NCBI RefSeq assembly: GCF_006345805.1
Contig: NC_043001.1
Span: forward strand, 99,076,001 to 99,140,000
Origin: Octopus sinensis
Taxonomy: Eukaryota
DNA: 64,000 nt
Direction of reading: 5' to 3'
Shown: positions 13,191-26,290 of the stretch, one piece after another
Position numbering within the stretch: the stretch's first letter is position 1
Layout of the letters: each line of letters begins with the position of its first letter
Made by a program: the position numbers and the translations under genes
Notes under the pieces: generated by a model
Databases searched by the model: none
The model's input: the letters and a program-made list of their open reading frames with translations, nothing else
Told to the model about the DNA's origin: nothing

Positions 13191-14307
13191 ATCTAAAGAT
13201 ATAGCGTCTCTTCTAGATTGATTAAAGTTTATGGACACTAACATCAATGTTTATGCATTGATATGCCAACTTAAGGAAATAGATATACATAAAAATACAC
13301 ATCTATGCATAACTGTTATATAAACATTTTATAATATACTCACACATACATAGAATCATAGCCACATTTGCACACATACTTCTGTCATATACACACAATT
13401 ATAATCACATAAACTTACATTTATATTCAGTCACAAATGAAAGCATGTATACACATGTAGATAAAAATCAACATAAGCACCCATAAATAATTCATGTTGA
13501 AACATGTGCACATATTCCCCTTGCATCGCAATACACATACCCAAACTTACCCACATGCATATAGAGATGCATGTTTATCAAGCCACTTAAAACTATCCTC
13601 TAAAAAGACAAAACTATATAAACATCTCTGTCTTCATATTCTACATTAAAAAAACAGAAATCTTGTTTTACACAATAATACTTATTAGTAAAAATGCAAC
13701 CAACAGTCACATGTGAATGGATGTAGCTCAGTAACAAGTACCATATTTTTGTTAAATGCTTTAGATGTCTCTGTAATTTTGAGCTGGTACTGATGCTCTC
13801 TTGATCAACTTCACACCAGTGGCTTATCCTTTATGTGACACCTGGAGAAAGATAGAGCTGTAGGAACTCATTATTGCTGATTAGACTGGAACAACATGAA
13901 ATGCAGTGCCTTATTTGAGGGCACAATGTGCTGCCCAGTTTAAGAATTGAATCCATGACATTATGATCATGAGCCAAACACTCTTAGATACCAGGTCATG
14001 TGCCTTCACACATTGTACTTAACTGCAGTATTAAATGAAGGCATGGAATGAATTGGTAGTTATTATTGCCAAGAGGAACTGAAATGATTCATTAAATGCA
14101 TTAAAAAAAAGTAATTTTTAAACACACAGATGCACACACACATGTAGAAAAAGATCATTCAAAGGCCCATAGACAATTAAACATAAAAGATATTCATGTT
14201 GAGACATGTACACACACACACTCACACAGTGTGTGTACTGTTCTTTTATTGGTGGAGTCAACAAAAAGTGTACTCCATCCAGTGAGAGATATGTGTTATT
14301 TAATATG

Positions 14308-14570
14308 AGGCTGGCAAACGGCCATGATTGTAAAAGCACCAACCGATCGTGGCCGTTTACCAGCCTCCTCTAGCCCCTGTGCTGGTGGCACGTAAAACGC
14401 ACCCACTACACTCATGGAATGGTTGGTGTTAGGAAAGGTATCCAGCTGTAGAAGCACTGCTAGATCAGACTGGAGCCTGGTGCAGCCTCCTGGCTTCCAA
14501 GACCCCGGTCGAACCGTCCAACCTATGCTAGCATGGAAAATGGATGTTAAACGATGATGATGATGATGAT
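14308..14570 (+). mobile_element. RTE-LINE 3'-tail fragment
   Basis: Closely matches 16235-16460 and ends in (GAT)n. Confidence 0.8.
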
Positions 14571-14836
14571 AGGATTTAAGTGCAAGCTATAATAAGTTTA
14601 GTGCCTCTGATAATACAATAGCTGAATGAGCTTGGAAAGCAAGATATGTACTTATCTGTATTTTTTACCTTTTTGAGCTTGAATGATTGCCTGATAGTAC
14701 ACCATGCTATACAAGCTTGTCTGATAAGTGAATTATCAGAGGCATGACACTTAGTCTTGTGTATATCAAATTATATATAAGTGTGTGTGTGTGTGTGTGT
14801 GTATTTACTTACCTCCATATCAAATTATATATAAGT

Positions 14837-16460
14837 CCGAAAATCTGCAGAAAACAACTTCCGTCACTTTCCAGGGGAAAAAACTAGAAGTAGTTGATAG
14901 CTTCCGTTATCTAGGTGACCAAGTCAGTAGTGGGGGTGGGTGCGCTGAAAGTGTAACTGCTAGAATAAGAATAGCCTGGGCAAAGTTTAGGGAGCTCTTA
15001 CCTCTGCTGGTGACTAAAGGCCTCTCGCTCAGAGTAAAAGGCAGACTGTATGATGCGTGTGTACGAACAGCCATGCTACATGGCAGCGAAACATGGGCCG
15101 TGACTGCTGAGGACATGCGTAAGCTCGTGAGGAATGAAGCCAGTATGCTCCGATGGATGTGTAATGTCAGTGTACATACTCGACAGAGCGTTAGCACCTT
15201 GAGAGAAATGTTGTACCTAAGAAGCATCAGTTGTGGTGTGCAAGAGAGACGATTGCGCTGGTATGGTCATGTGGCGAGAATGGATGAAGATAGGTGTGTG
15301 AGAAAGTGCCAATCCCTGGCAGTTGAGGGAACCCGTGGAAGAGGTAGACCAGGAAAACCTGGGACGAGGTGGTGAAGCACGACCTTCGAACTTTAGGCCT
15401 CACTGAGGAAATGACCAGAGACCGAGACCTTTGGAAATATTCTGTACGTGAGAAGACCAGGCAGGACAAGTGAGCCCAGCCCACTTATGAATGCCTTTCC
15501 TCCCTTGGACACAAAGACCGGTTGAGGCAAGCGAAGTCGATATAGAACCTCATCCGACGACAGACACCCATGCCAACCCCCCATGCTTGCGAAGACATGT
15601 TGGGGCAAGCGAAATCGAAATCGAAACCGAATTGAACCAGCCAGGATCCCTGGTCTGGTGGTACGTAAAAAGCACTATCCGACTCGTGGCCGTAGCACGT
15701 AAAATACTCCAATGCGACCGTACGACAGGCACCCATGCCAACCCCCTTTGCTTGTGAAGACATGTTGGGGCAAGCGAAATCGAAATCGAAACCGAATTGA
15801 ACCAGCCAGGATCCCTGGCCTGGTGGCACGTAAAAAGCACTATCCGACTCGTGGCCGTAGCACGTAAAATACTCCAATGCGACCGTACGACAGGCACCCA
15901 TGCCAACCCCCTTTGCTTGTGAAGACATGTTGGGGCAAGCGAAATCGAAATCGAATTGAACCAGCCAGGATCCCTGGTCTGGTGGTACGTAAAAAAGCAC
16001 TATCCGACTCGTGGCCGTGGCACGTAAAATACTCCAATGCGACCGTACGACAGGCACCCATGCCAACCCCCTTTGCTTGTGAGGACATGTTGGGGCAAGC
16101 GAAATCGAAATCGAATTGAACCAGCCAGGATCCCTGGTCTGGTGGTACGTAAAAAGCACTATCCGACTCGTGGCCGATGCCAGCACCGCCTCGACTGGCT
16201 TCCGTGCCGGTGGCACATAAAATACACCAATCTGACCGTGGCCGTTGCCAGCCCCGCCTGGCACCTGTGCAGGTGGCACGTAAAAAGCACCCACTACACT
16301 CACGGAGTGGTTGGCGTTAGGAAGGGCATCCAGCTGTAGAAACATTGCCAGATTAGACTGGAGCCTGGTGCAGCCTTCTGGCTTCCCAGAACCCCGGTCG
16401 AACCGTTCCAACCCATGCTAGCATGGAGAACGGACGTTAAACGACGATGATGATGATGAT
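14837..16460 (+). mobile_element. 5'-truncated RTE-clade LINE (RT C-terminal region, repeat-containing 3' UTR, (GAT)n tail)
   Basis: Frame LEVVDSFRYLG...ARIRIAWAKF...GRLYDACVRTAMLHGSETW...ERRLRWYGHVARM...GTRGRGRP. A 30-bp TSD (GT)8ATTTACTTACCTCC lies at 14787-14816 and 16461-16490. Confidence 0.93.
15558..16176 (+). repeat. About 3.7 near-identical 160-165 bp tandem units in the RTE 3' UTR
   Basis: CACCCATGCCAACCCC recurs at 15565, 15730, 15895 and 16055. Confidence 0.92.
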
Positions 16461-17055
16461 GTGTGTGTGTGTGTGTATTTACTTACCTCCTAACACTTGC
16501 ATACCAAAGCTTACATATAAAGGTATATGTTTTGTCCAGTGAGCAGAAATCTTTTCTTCAAATGACAAATATTTTCATATTTCCTCATAAAAATCTTGTT
16601 TTATGCCACAATGTTTAACTGCAATGTGAAGTGAATAGCTAGAATGAATTGATAGTTTTTACAAGGAATGCATGCCAAGTTAAATCCAGAGGCCAAATCT
16701 TCAGTTGTGTTTTAGTATTAATAATATATGCATTAAAGTGTAGAGATAGTTGTGTAGTTAAGAAATTCACTTCCTAATCATGTGGTTTTTGGGTTCAATA
16801 TCACTAAACTGCATCTTCAGTAAATGTTTTTTACTTATAACCCTGGGCCAACCAAAGCCTTGTGAGTGATTTTGGGAAATGCCATTAGCAAAAGGCCAAT
16901 TGTGTGTGTGTGTGTGCATACATAATTTCAAGGTATAAATACTGGAGGTTAGTTTAATGAACCATACCCCATGCCTATCATTCACATTTGAAAAATACCC
17001 TAGCTGTTATTTTATCATTTAAAACCCCTCCACACATTGAAAGTTTTATGTTACC

Positions 17056-17212
17056 CTTTAACTCCAGGTCAGGTCAGATCGAGCAGACCTGTGATTAAAT
17101 TATCAAAGGTATTCCAGCCTATTTTTTTGTATACTCATAATTTTTTTAAGGTGGTAGAGTAGGATTTGAGGAGATTTGGCTGCTGTTTCTAGTAGGTCTA
17201 GAGACCATGTAA
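17056..17212 (+). repeat. Old interspersed repeat, family C (representative copy)
   Basis: The motifs GAGCAGACCT.TGAT.AAAGG.ATTCCAG and GATTTGAG.GAGATTTGGCTGCT.TTTCTAG recur near 4440, 5575, 22380-22560, 51750, 55070 and 59300-59550. Confidence 0.6.
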
Positions 17213-18096
17213 AAATCTGTAACTATCTGCCAATAAACTCCTTAAGAATCCACATAAAAAGACAAAGAAAACAAAAAATGTTTTAAGCCTTAAAACTAAA
17301 ACAGCAATTAGTGTTACTTATGAATTTATAAAATTAAAATTTCATTATTTTTCTCACTACACACGTGGTTACACAGGTTCTTATGTACTTATAATTCACC
17401 CCAGGTCCCCCCACCAATGTTAGGGGGAAAGATTTGTGAAAATATTGTCTATGTTGAAGGAGTGGTTAAAAAAGCACACTGGGAGTAGAAGTCTGTGTAC
17501 CTATCTAAAATACTGAGATTGACACAGAAATAAAGAATTGCATGATGGAAATAAAACTGAGAGACTCTGTGGTGTTTACATATCATCCAGGGGTTAAATT
17601 CAACCCCATGAGGTAAAGAATTTATACAGTTGTGGAATAGATATATCATATGTAATCATATGTTGTTAATGCACTCTTCAAAGTTTGTTAAAATATATTT
17701 AAAACATCACATATCTTTTTATTAAGTGGTGTCATGCATATATTATGTAACATAAAGTAATGACAGAGCAGAGCTTAAGAGTGTGTGCTGAATTGTGTGA
17801 AGCTTGTTATATATACACTATTATTTAGAGTATATTTTATCATGGAAGTAAGGGGATAAATGGTGAAATACATCAAGCTGAGTGGGTAAATGACAGACAG
17901 AGGAAAGGTTGAGAGTCACTGATTTAGGCTATATCTGTGGATAGTGATGATGTTGGTGGTAGTGGCAGGATGGTGCTGATGAGTGATAATGATGATGATA
18001 GAGATGGTGATGGTGTGATAGTGGTGGTTACAGTGATGGTGGTTTTGATGTGATGTGAATGGTAACAGTGCTTACAGAAGTAGTGACTGTTGTGAT

Positions 18097-20475
18097 CAGG
18101 AATTGTAAATAATTGATTGGAAACTTTCCAATCAATTAATTTTAATTGGGATACAGGCCAATCAATTATTGCAATTAATTGTCAATTATTTTGCTGGACG
18201 TAAAAACACCATGTATTTTGGAGTGTTAGCTTTGATTTAGAAAAGTGCGAAAATGATAGGAAAATAAAAGGCACATGTTATAGTTTCGAAAAACTTTATC
18301 AGAAAATGTTTTAAGTTAATTTTATTGATTTAGAATTGGAAACAAACAACATTTATACTCTACATTGTACAGAAATTGAAAAACAAATAAATTGAAAGTA
18401 TTTAATTGGAAGAGTTTCTCAAACAAGTAGCACAATTAAAATATTCTAATATAGCAAAAGGTCATGAACGGTTGGAGATTTCTGAAACTAGTTCTTCATC
18501 CCAGAAAGTGCGATTGACTTTTAGAAATAATTGCATTTCTAAATTCATTGGTGTAAAGTATTGCCGAAAGTCATTAAAAGCATAAGCTGCTGAGCTGAAG
18601 AAACATTTCAAGATGTTGGACATTGATAACAAAAATCTACGGTTCAGATATTGCTGAGGTGAAATTTTATCTTTGTATTTTTTCAAACAAATTAAAGCAA
18701 AATCATTTTCTACAGGTAAATTAGACTGTTGTGACATGTCTGTCACCACTTTCAGCTGATGTAGAGGAGCTACTTCATCTACAGTTAGTTCTATTTCTGT
18801 ATGTTGTTCTCCACTTTCAAAATTTGGGCTGTGCCCAATGGGTGCCAATGGAAGCAAATATTTTTTAAACTCCTCATAAGGACACAGTGCAAGAATTTTG
18901 TCAAAAAGAATTCAAGCATCTCCCAAATCTATTTCTGTTCGTTGCAAGGCAACTTGTTACTGAGCGTAACTTTATTAAATTGTCTTTTAGAGTCTGCAGA
19001 CTCTAAAAAACAATTTATCTGGTGTCAACAGATAATCAACCAGCTTTGGATAGCCTTGAAAAGAGTCTAAAAACAGCTTGAGTTGGATGTACCTCTCACT
19101 CATGTCATAAGTACTTGACCAATGGGTTTTATTTCTTTGTATAGGTTGCAAAGGCATTTTTTCCCAAAGTTTACCCACAAGTTTTAATGATTTTAGCTTG
19201 CCCATCAACATATTAATTTTATCAAGCAGAACTTCCTGCTTGTCGAGATAAGCAGACACAGCTAGATTGAATTTATGAGTGGCACATCCAATCAATGTTA
19301 TTCTACACAAATTCACTATAGATTTGTTTGCTCCAGTATTATTTCTGGTAATAGCTACAACATTTTCTAAGTTTTTTTTATAGACACTTAACGTATACTC
19401 TATAAATTTGACACAATCAGAAGCAGTGAATGATGTTTCACTTACCATTGATGAAAATGCCAGCAAAACAGTACAATAGGCATTTTGATAATTGCACGAA
19501 TAAGATTCAAAAAGTCCAATGAAATGTGTCGAACCCTTAGTCTAACCATCAATTACCAATGAAAATTTACTTGGAAGTTCATCAGATATTTTCTTTTCCA
19601 CTTCTTGAGTAAGTTTCTCCATGTATTTCTTTAAGGTCACATTTGTCATACTTCCCAAGTTTGTGTACTTATGAGTCAGTAAGTCTTGGGTAAAGGAAGA
19701 TTGTTTTAAACCAACACATACCCACTCAATCCAACCATAGACTTTTAAGGCCAAGCAACTGACCAAACTACTTCTTGCGGAAAGAAAACTTGATAAAGAT
19801 GGTTGTCCAGTTGCTTGTGTAGTAGAATACTCTGGATGCTGGTTTTTTTAATGATTCATAAGATTTGTCCATCCAGTTCCTTTTTTCAAGGTCAACTTTT
19901 TCCACACTTGCATTTCCGTACATGTTTACTGCCTGTCTGTCTGGTTAAAATATTTTTGCATGATTTTTCGTTTTCATGCAGCATGGATTAGTTTAAAATA
20001 AAAGTTATTTCGCCACAGTTTAAAATAGAAGATATTTCAGCGCTCCACTGATGAAAGTCTGATTCAGTTAATATGTTGGAGTGGAATTCAAGATATAACC
20101 GTGTTGCAGGCAAAGTTATGATTTAATGACTTGAAGACAGAATGTGTGAATCATTCTCTGTAGTCAGAACCAAGAATCACTCAACAGCGATTATTTGACA
20201 ACATACAGAATAATCAATTCCTAAGCATGACAGAATGTATGAATCATTCTCAGCAGTCAGAAAAAGCGTCAACACAGTACCTCAAATAATAACAGAACAC
20301 TGTATTTGCCAACTGAATGTCAAATGAAGTATGAGCCATTTGAAAAACTTTCACTGACAATGTTGCAATTAATTGATATGATTGCAATCAATTATTTAAT
20401 TGGCAGTACAACCCCAATCGATTAATTGGACTAATATATTGCAATTAATTTTTCGTCAATTTTTTACAACCCCTG
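18097..20475 (-). mobile_element. Full-length degraded hAT DNA transposon (2.38 kb)
   Basis: TIRs CAGGAATTGTAAATAATTGA / TCAATTTTTTACAACCCCTG and a perfect 8-bp TSD GTTGTGAT (18089-18096, 20476-20483). Subterminal CAATT-rich arrays are present. Confidence 0.92.
18462..19984 (-). pseudogene. hAT transposase pseudogene (BED finger, DDE core, C-terminal dimerisation region)
   Basis: Fragments KCKCGK/KKGTGWTNLMNH..QHPEY (BED), LPSKFSLVIDG*, IGCATHKFNLAV (CxxH), NKTHWSSTYDM and LEMQLFLKVNRTFWD, with multiple frameshifts and stops. Confidence 0.85.
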
Positions 20476-20894
20476 GTTGTGATGGTAACTCTCATTACAG
20501 AGGTGTTTGTTGGATATGATGCTTGGTAGTTCTTATTAATATTTAGTTTTAAGTCAGAACAGCATATTAGTGAACTATTAGAATGGCTGACACAATGCCT
20601 AATTGTATATAGTTATGACCCATTACATTCTGTGTTCAGATCCTGCTGAGGTCAACTTGGCTGTTTCATTTTCTGGATTTGATAAAATAAGCACCAGACA
20701 AGTCCACAAAAAAAATGATCAAAGATCCTTCCTGAGCCATAGACTCATAAGGCCAATTTTCCTGATTCTGTGGCACGTATATTCCCCACTGAACAGGACA
20801 CCAGTCTGTCGTTGGATTACTTATTTTTGCCAGCTGGGTGGTTTGAGCAACATGAAATCAAGTGTTGTGCTCCAGAACACAGTGCACCACCCAA

Positions 20895-22174
20895 TTCATA
20901 AGAGGATGGAGAAATAAAAGTACCTTTGCACCACCATCACCACTACCACAGCTTTTATTATTTATTTATCTCCACCTCATCAAATTACCTTTCTTTCAGT
21001 TCTCTTGGCCTTTTTTGCTGAACTGGTTGTCAAGTGGTGGTGGGGAACAAACAGACATAAAGATGTACGTATGTATGGTACCTTGCCATATTCAAGAAGG
21101 CCCGTACTCCACAACAGAAGTGGTAAGACTGATCCTTTGAGTGGTGTAAAGTACTTGTGGAAGTGCTACATAAAAGTGCCCATGCAGTGCCATGCTCAAG
21201 CTCCCATGTGGTGCCACATAGAAGCACATAGCACACTCTGTAAAGTGATTGGCATTAGGAAGGACATTCAGCCATAGAAACCATGTCAAATCAGACTGGA
21301 GTCTAGTGCAGCTTGCCAGCTCTGGTCAAACCATCCAACCTATGCCAGCATGGACAAAGGACATTAAATGATGATGATATATATATGGGTATATGTATGT
21401 GTGTATATACACACACACATGCAACAGGCTTCTTTCAGTTTCTGCCTACTAAATCCACTCAAGGCTTTGGTTGACCCGAGGCTGTAGTAGAAGACACATG
21501 CATCCAAGGTGCCACACAGTGAGATTGAACCGCATGTGTGTGTATACATATATTCAAATATCAATAATTCTGCAATATTCTTCTTGAACTATAATTCTTC
21601 CTGTACAATAATGTTATCCAGATGTAAATAATCCATAAAGATTGTCTAAGTCTTGAATTTTGTTGTTTTTCTATGCCATAAGGGCATAATATTTAAAACA
21701 ATGAGAATCATTAACAACAGGAATTGTAGGGTTAAGAGGTGTCATACTAGATACCTATCTAATTCACAGAAGAATTTCTCAAGCATTATTTCTCCAAAAT
21801 ATGGAATGAGTTAGGGTAAAAATGTGCAATATCAGTTGGCTACTACTTTTAATTGAAAAAAGGCAAAAAGTATTAAAAGATATAATATCAAACATTACAT
21901 TTCTGCATCTTATATTTGATGTTACATTAACAGATGTAAAGATTGTACTAAAAAAAAAAAAAAATGGGAAAAGAAAGGAACATCATTCCTCAGAATCAAA
22001 ACTACGTTCTCATATCTAGAACATGGCAGCTTGATCTAAACTATAAGATAAGAAAATAAGCTCAGTTCATAAGAGGATGGAGAAATAAAAGTACCATTGC
22101 ACCACCATCACCACTACCACAGCTTCTATTATTTATTTATCTCCCCCTCATCAAATTACCTTTCTTTCAGTTCT
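20895..22174 (+). repeat. 109-bp direct repeat (20895-21003 and 22066-22174)
   Basis: TTCATAAGAGGATGGAGAAAT...CTTTCTTTCAGTTCT occurs twice, with about 3 mismatches. Confidence 0.9.
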
Positions 22175-24860
22175 TCTATAACTGGAATGAGCTAAGGTGT
22201 AAGAACATTATTTTTGTGTTTTGATGGCATCATTTCAACATCATAATGATTGTATACAACAGATTTTTTTAAAGAACATCTTTGTATTGTATTCAAGTTA
22301 CTACACAGCCTGATAAGTAATGGTAAAGATGATATACTTTCATGGCTTCTTAGTCAGGGTCACTGGATGTTGTTCATTTATCTCTAGGTCAAGTCAACCC
22401 TGATTGTACAGCAGATCTATGTTCAAAAGTATTTCAGTAGTACCATCCTATCTTTCTACTGGTATATGGGACTTTATTACCCAATGTATCCTCTCTTTCT
22501 TTAAGACACGGTATGCTTTGAGGGAGACTTGGTTGTTATTCCTAGTTAGTGAGCAATTTATATAGTACTGTGTGTTATCTCCTTGACTGTTCAGTCTGAT
22601 GATAATGTAGCTAACATCTAATATTTTCCCTAATTACTATATTTAATATTACTGAATTTAGTTCTGATGTTGAAAACATTTGAAAGTAAATTCAATCCAC
22701 CTTTTTTTTTTTTTATCGACAAACTTAGGGTTTTAATCTTCTTGTCTTCAAACTTAGGTTGTCCGACAGTCTGTAACACAGTACAAAAGTGTGTGTCTCC
22801 CACTATGCCCCTGGTGTAATAGGAGATACAAATGTCTTCTATTATAACCTTTGGTTTATAATAGAAGACATTTGCTCATGCTGCCATGCAGTGTGACTGA
22901 ACCTGAAATCAACTGATTGAGAAGTGAGTTAGCTAACCACTATGCAGGAATATTTTTTGCATATTTCATTTTTATCTAAAAAAATATTTAAAAAACAAAG
23001 TCAGCAGTAGGTGTCTATCAAAAATATAAGAAGAATTATTAAGTCTTGCAAGTTATCTGTTTACCTCATTAGTGTTGGTGGTACACACACACACAAGGAC
23101 CTGTACACTTTGCAAAGTGATTAGCATTAGGAAGGGCGTCTTGTCATAGAAACAATGCCAACGATGACATCAGTGTTCAACACAGACTTGCAGCTCACTG
23201 GTTCCCTGTCAAACCATCAAACCCATACCAGAATGGAAGCTCATATTAAATGATGATGAAAAATTAAGGCTTGATTAAGAAGTCTTTCTAATACAGGCAC
23301 AAGGCCTGAAATTTTGAGGGAGGTGTATTTGATTGTATCAACCCTGATTATATCAAATTCCTCCCTCCATGCCCCAGTACTTGATTGGTACTTATTCTTA
23401 TTGAACCTCAAAGGATGAGGCAAAGCTGACCTTGGCAGTTTTTGAACACAGATCATAAGCTGGAAGATATGCCACTAAACATTTTGTCTGGCTTGCTAAC
23501 AGTTGTGCCAACAGTAGGCTTCATTAAAAATAACAGTTGTTTAGAATATTCTGTAGAGGTCTTAAGTTTCAGACTGAATGTCATTTGTGGTCATCAGCAT
23601 TATAATTAACAACTTGCAAATCTTTTTTTGTTAAGATATTGGTTAAAAATGCTTCCAAGATTTCAGAAGCTTCTCACTGACATTTTAAAATATGCTTACA
23701 AATTATCAGTTGAATTCCAAGGTTACTGTGTTTGAATACACCATGACTTTTAATTTATAAGGAATTAGATAAGTTGGGAAGAGATTTATGAATTTTTTTT
23801 GTTTAGATCATTATTTATAGTGTTCCAGGTTTATTTCATGTTTAATTCCTGTTTAAATTCTAAAAATTTTTCTTTGGTTACTTATTTTCGTGATTGTGTT
23901 AAATATTTTATTATAACATTTGAATGTAAAGAATGTCAAATGAGGACTTTCTTAACATTCACATCTTGAGCAGATTCAAATCTATTTATAGCAGACATAA
24001 TAACTAACCATTCTCTCATCTATGCCTGTCAGTTAAAGTATTTTCAGCTACAGTTTATTCTTCTGCTGCAAGTGCAATGACACAAATGTCAAAGAATTTA
24101 TCATGTGCTTTGTTTCTGTGAAGTTAATTTAAGACCTTATCAAAGTTAGCCTGTAATATAATTTGAGAAATGAATTTAGATTAGTTTTGTAATAAAGTTC
24201 TATGAAATTTTGATTGTCCAGAGTTTTGGATTTCTTTGCTCAATGCAAACTTGTTTAATTGCTTTATTTTTATCACTACTTTACTTGAGTTGCTTTCATG
24301 TGATCAAGCAGATTTATGATCAAAAGCATTCCACCTATGAACATCTTGTCTTTTACTCAGACATGATAGACTTAAGACTTCAACATCCAATTTATACTTT
24401 TCATGTATTGTAGGATGTAATTTAAGACATATTTGGTTGTTATTTTTAGCAAAGGAAGTAAATTGGCAAAGCCATTAGTTTTTTGGGTAGAATGTCTTGC
24501 AGCATTTTTTTTCAGGTTTTCTGCATACTGGGTCCAAATCCAATTCAAATCAATATTACTTTCTATCCTTTTAGGGTCAGTAAAAAAGTACCAATACTTG
24601 GTAATAAATTGGTGAAACTGTTAGAGCATCAGATTAGATGCCTCACAGTAGCTGTTCTAGCCATTTGTATTCTGACAGAAATACATGCAATATATTTGGC
24701 ATTAGAAAGAGCATACAGCCATAGAAACCATGCCATAGAAAAGCTGTAGAGTCTTCTGGTTTGCAGTTCCTATCAAACTGTTCAACCCCTACCAACATGG
24801 AAAATGGATATTAGATGATAACAATCATGAGACACTAGTGTCAAGTTGTATCAGTCTTAA

Positions 24861-25075
24861 TCCTTAAGCATTTGAACCATCTCTGGCTCAAATAGTCTAC
24901 CTGTTTTATGTTCAAACTGTTCAGATCCAGCCTCTCACACCTACCCTACAATGTCATTCTAAAAATAAACAATCTCATCATCAAAATTTTGAAGCTGCAA
25001 GATTATGGTTGATAATTGAAAAACATGTGAATAGATAATCACTACATTTGGCAGAGTAATGTGACTGCTAATGGA
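24861..25075. mobile_element. piggyBac-type MITE
   Basis: TTAA on both sides (24857-24860, 25076-25079) and degenerate TIRs TCCTTAAGCA / TGCTAATGGA. Confidence 0.55.
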
Positions 25076-25411
25076 TTAAAGTGTCAGCCTTTTCTTTGGA
25101 CATCATCAACGTTATGAGGAAGAGAAACTTGTGTGCATGGCTAACAGCCAGTCTGCTACACGAAAACTTTGCCTAGATTTCCATGTACAGGTGCAGATGC
25201 ATAGTTAATCCTGACTGACAGAGGCTTTAATTTTGATAATATAAAGCAGAGGTTTCTAAATTGTGCCATGACACATTACTTGTGTCACTGAAATCAAATC
25301 AAATCTCATCAGTTTTGTGAATATTTAATATCAGACAATTCTGAGTGCACTTAGTAACATGACTGTTGACAAGTGGTATGATATTTAATTGTTTTATTAT
25401 TGAAACACATA

Positions 25412-26290
25412 CTAGGTCTGATCAATAGGTATCCAGACTGTTGTCATAATAATGAAGCTAAATCACGCAGAGTAAAGCTGCTAGGCAAAGATTGACCTTG
25501 AAATCTGATGTGCATGCACACTAAATTTAACTATCCAGCTCACTTTTGCTGTTCACAGCAGTGCTTGGAAGGAAGGTGTGTAGTGTGTGATCATTGCATT
25601 GACCATGACAGAGAAAGTTGTCATGGCGATACCTGCTCAGAGGCCAATGCTAAGTTGCAGAAAGTGTATGGAGAGGAGTGTATGAGCTGCACACAAGTGT
25701 ATGAGTGGTTCAGATGTTTCCAAGATGGCTGAAAAAATGTTGATACTGATGAACATTCTGGGAAACCAGCAGAACTGAGAAAAACATTGCAGATATGCAT
25801 GAAGCTGTGAGGGGAAATCATCAAAATCACCATCTGTGAGTTATCAGAGGATGTGTAGATTAGTTACAGTTCAGTTCAGTCCATTATCACTGAAGATTTG
25901 GGTATGAGACATGTGTCTGCCAAGTTTGTGCCAAAACTACTTTCAGCTAACCAAAAAGACATTCGGATTTCAGTTGCACAAGATCTTGATTGTGTTGAGA
26001 ACAATGAAAACTTTTTGAAAACTTTGCATAGGCCTGTGAGCAGATATTGCCAAGCTTTTATCAAAATTTGATGCAGATTCTCTGCTCAGCTTTCTCAGTC
26101 ATGGTCAATGTGACAATCACATGCTACACACCTTCCTTCCAAGCACTACTGTAAACAGTGGAAGTGAGGTAGAATGTTAAAACTTAGTGCACATCCACAG
26201 CAGATTTCAATCTGTGCCAAGCAGCTTCACTCTATGTGCTTCAGCTTCGTTACTATGACAACATTCCTGATACTTATTGATCAGACCATG
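25412..26290 (+). mobile_element. Internally deleted mariner element with long (~190 bp) TIRs
   Basis: TA flanks and termini GGTCTGATCAATA / TATTGATCAGACC. Internal mariner N-terminal remnants QKVYGEECMSCTQVYEWFRCFQDG and LGMRHVSAKFVPKLLS (WVPxxL-like motif). Confidence 0.88.

Noticed and set aside
15558-16176. CRISPR-like regular repeats (also 49370-49560)
   Set aside because: Whole units are repeated with no unique spacers, and the context is a eukaryotic retroelement.
15485-16411. 308-aa minus-strand ORF with internal repeats
   Set aside because: Antisense read-through of the 165-bp tandem units (a multiple of 3) in the RTE 3' UTR, with no protein motif.
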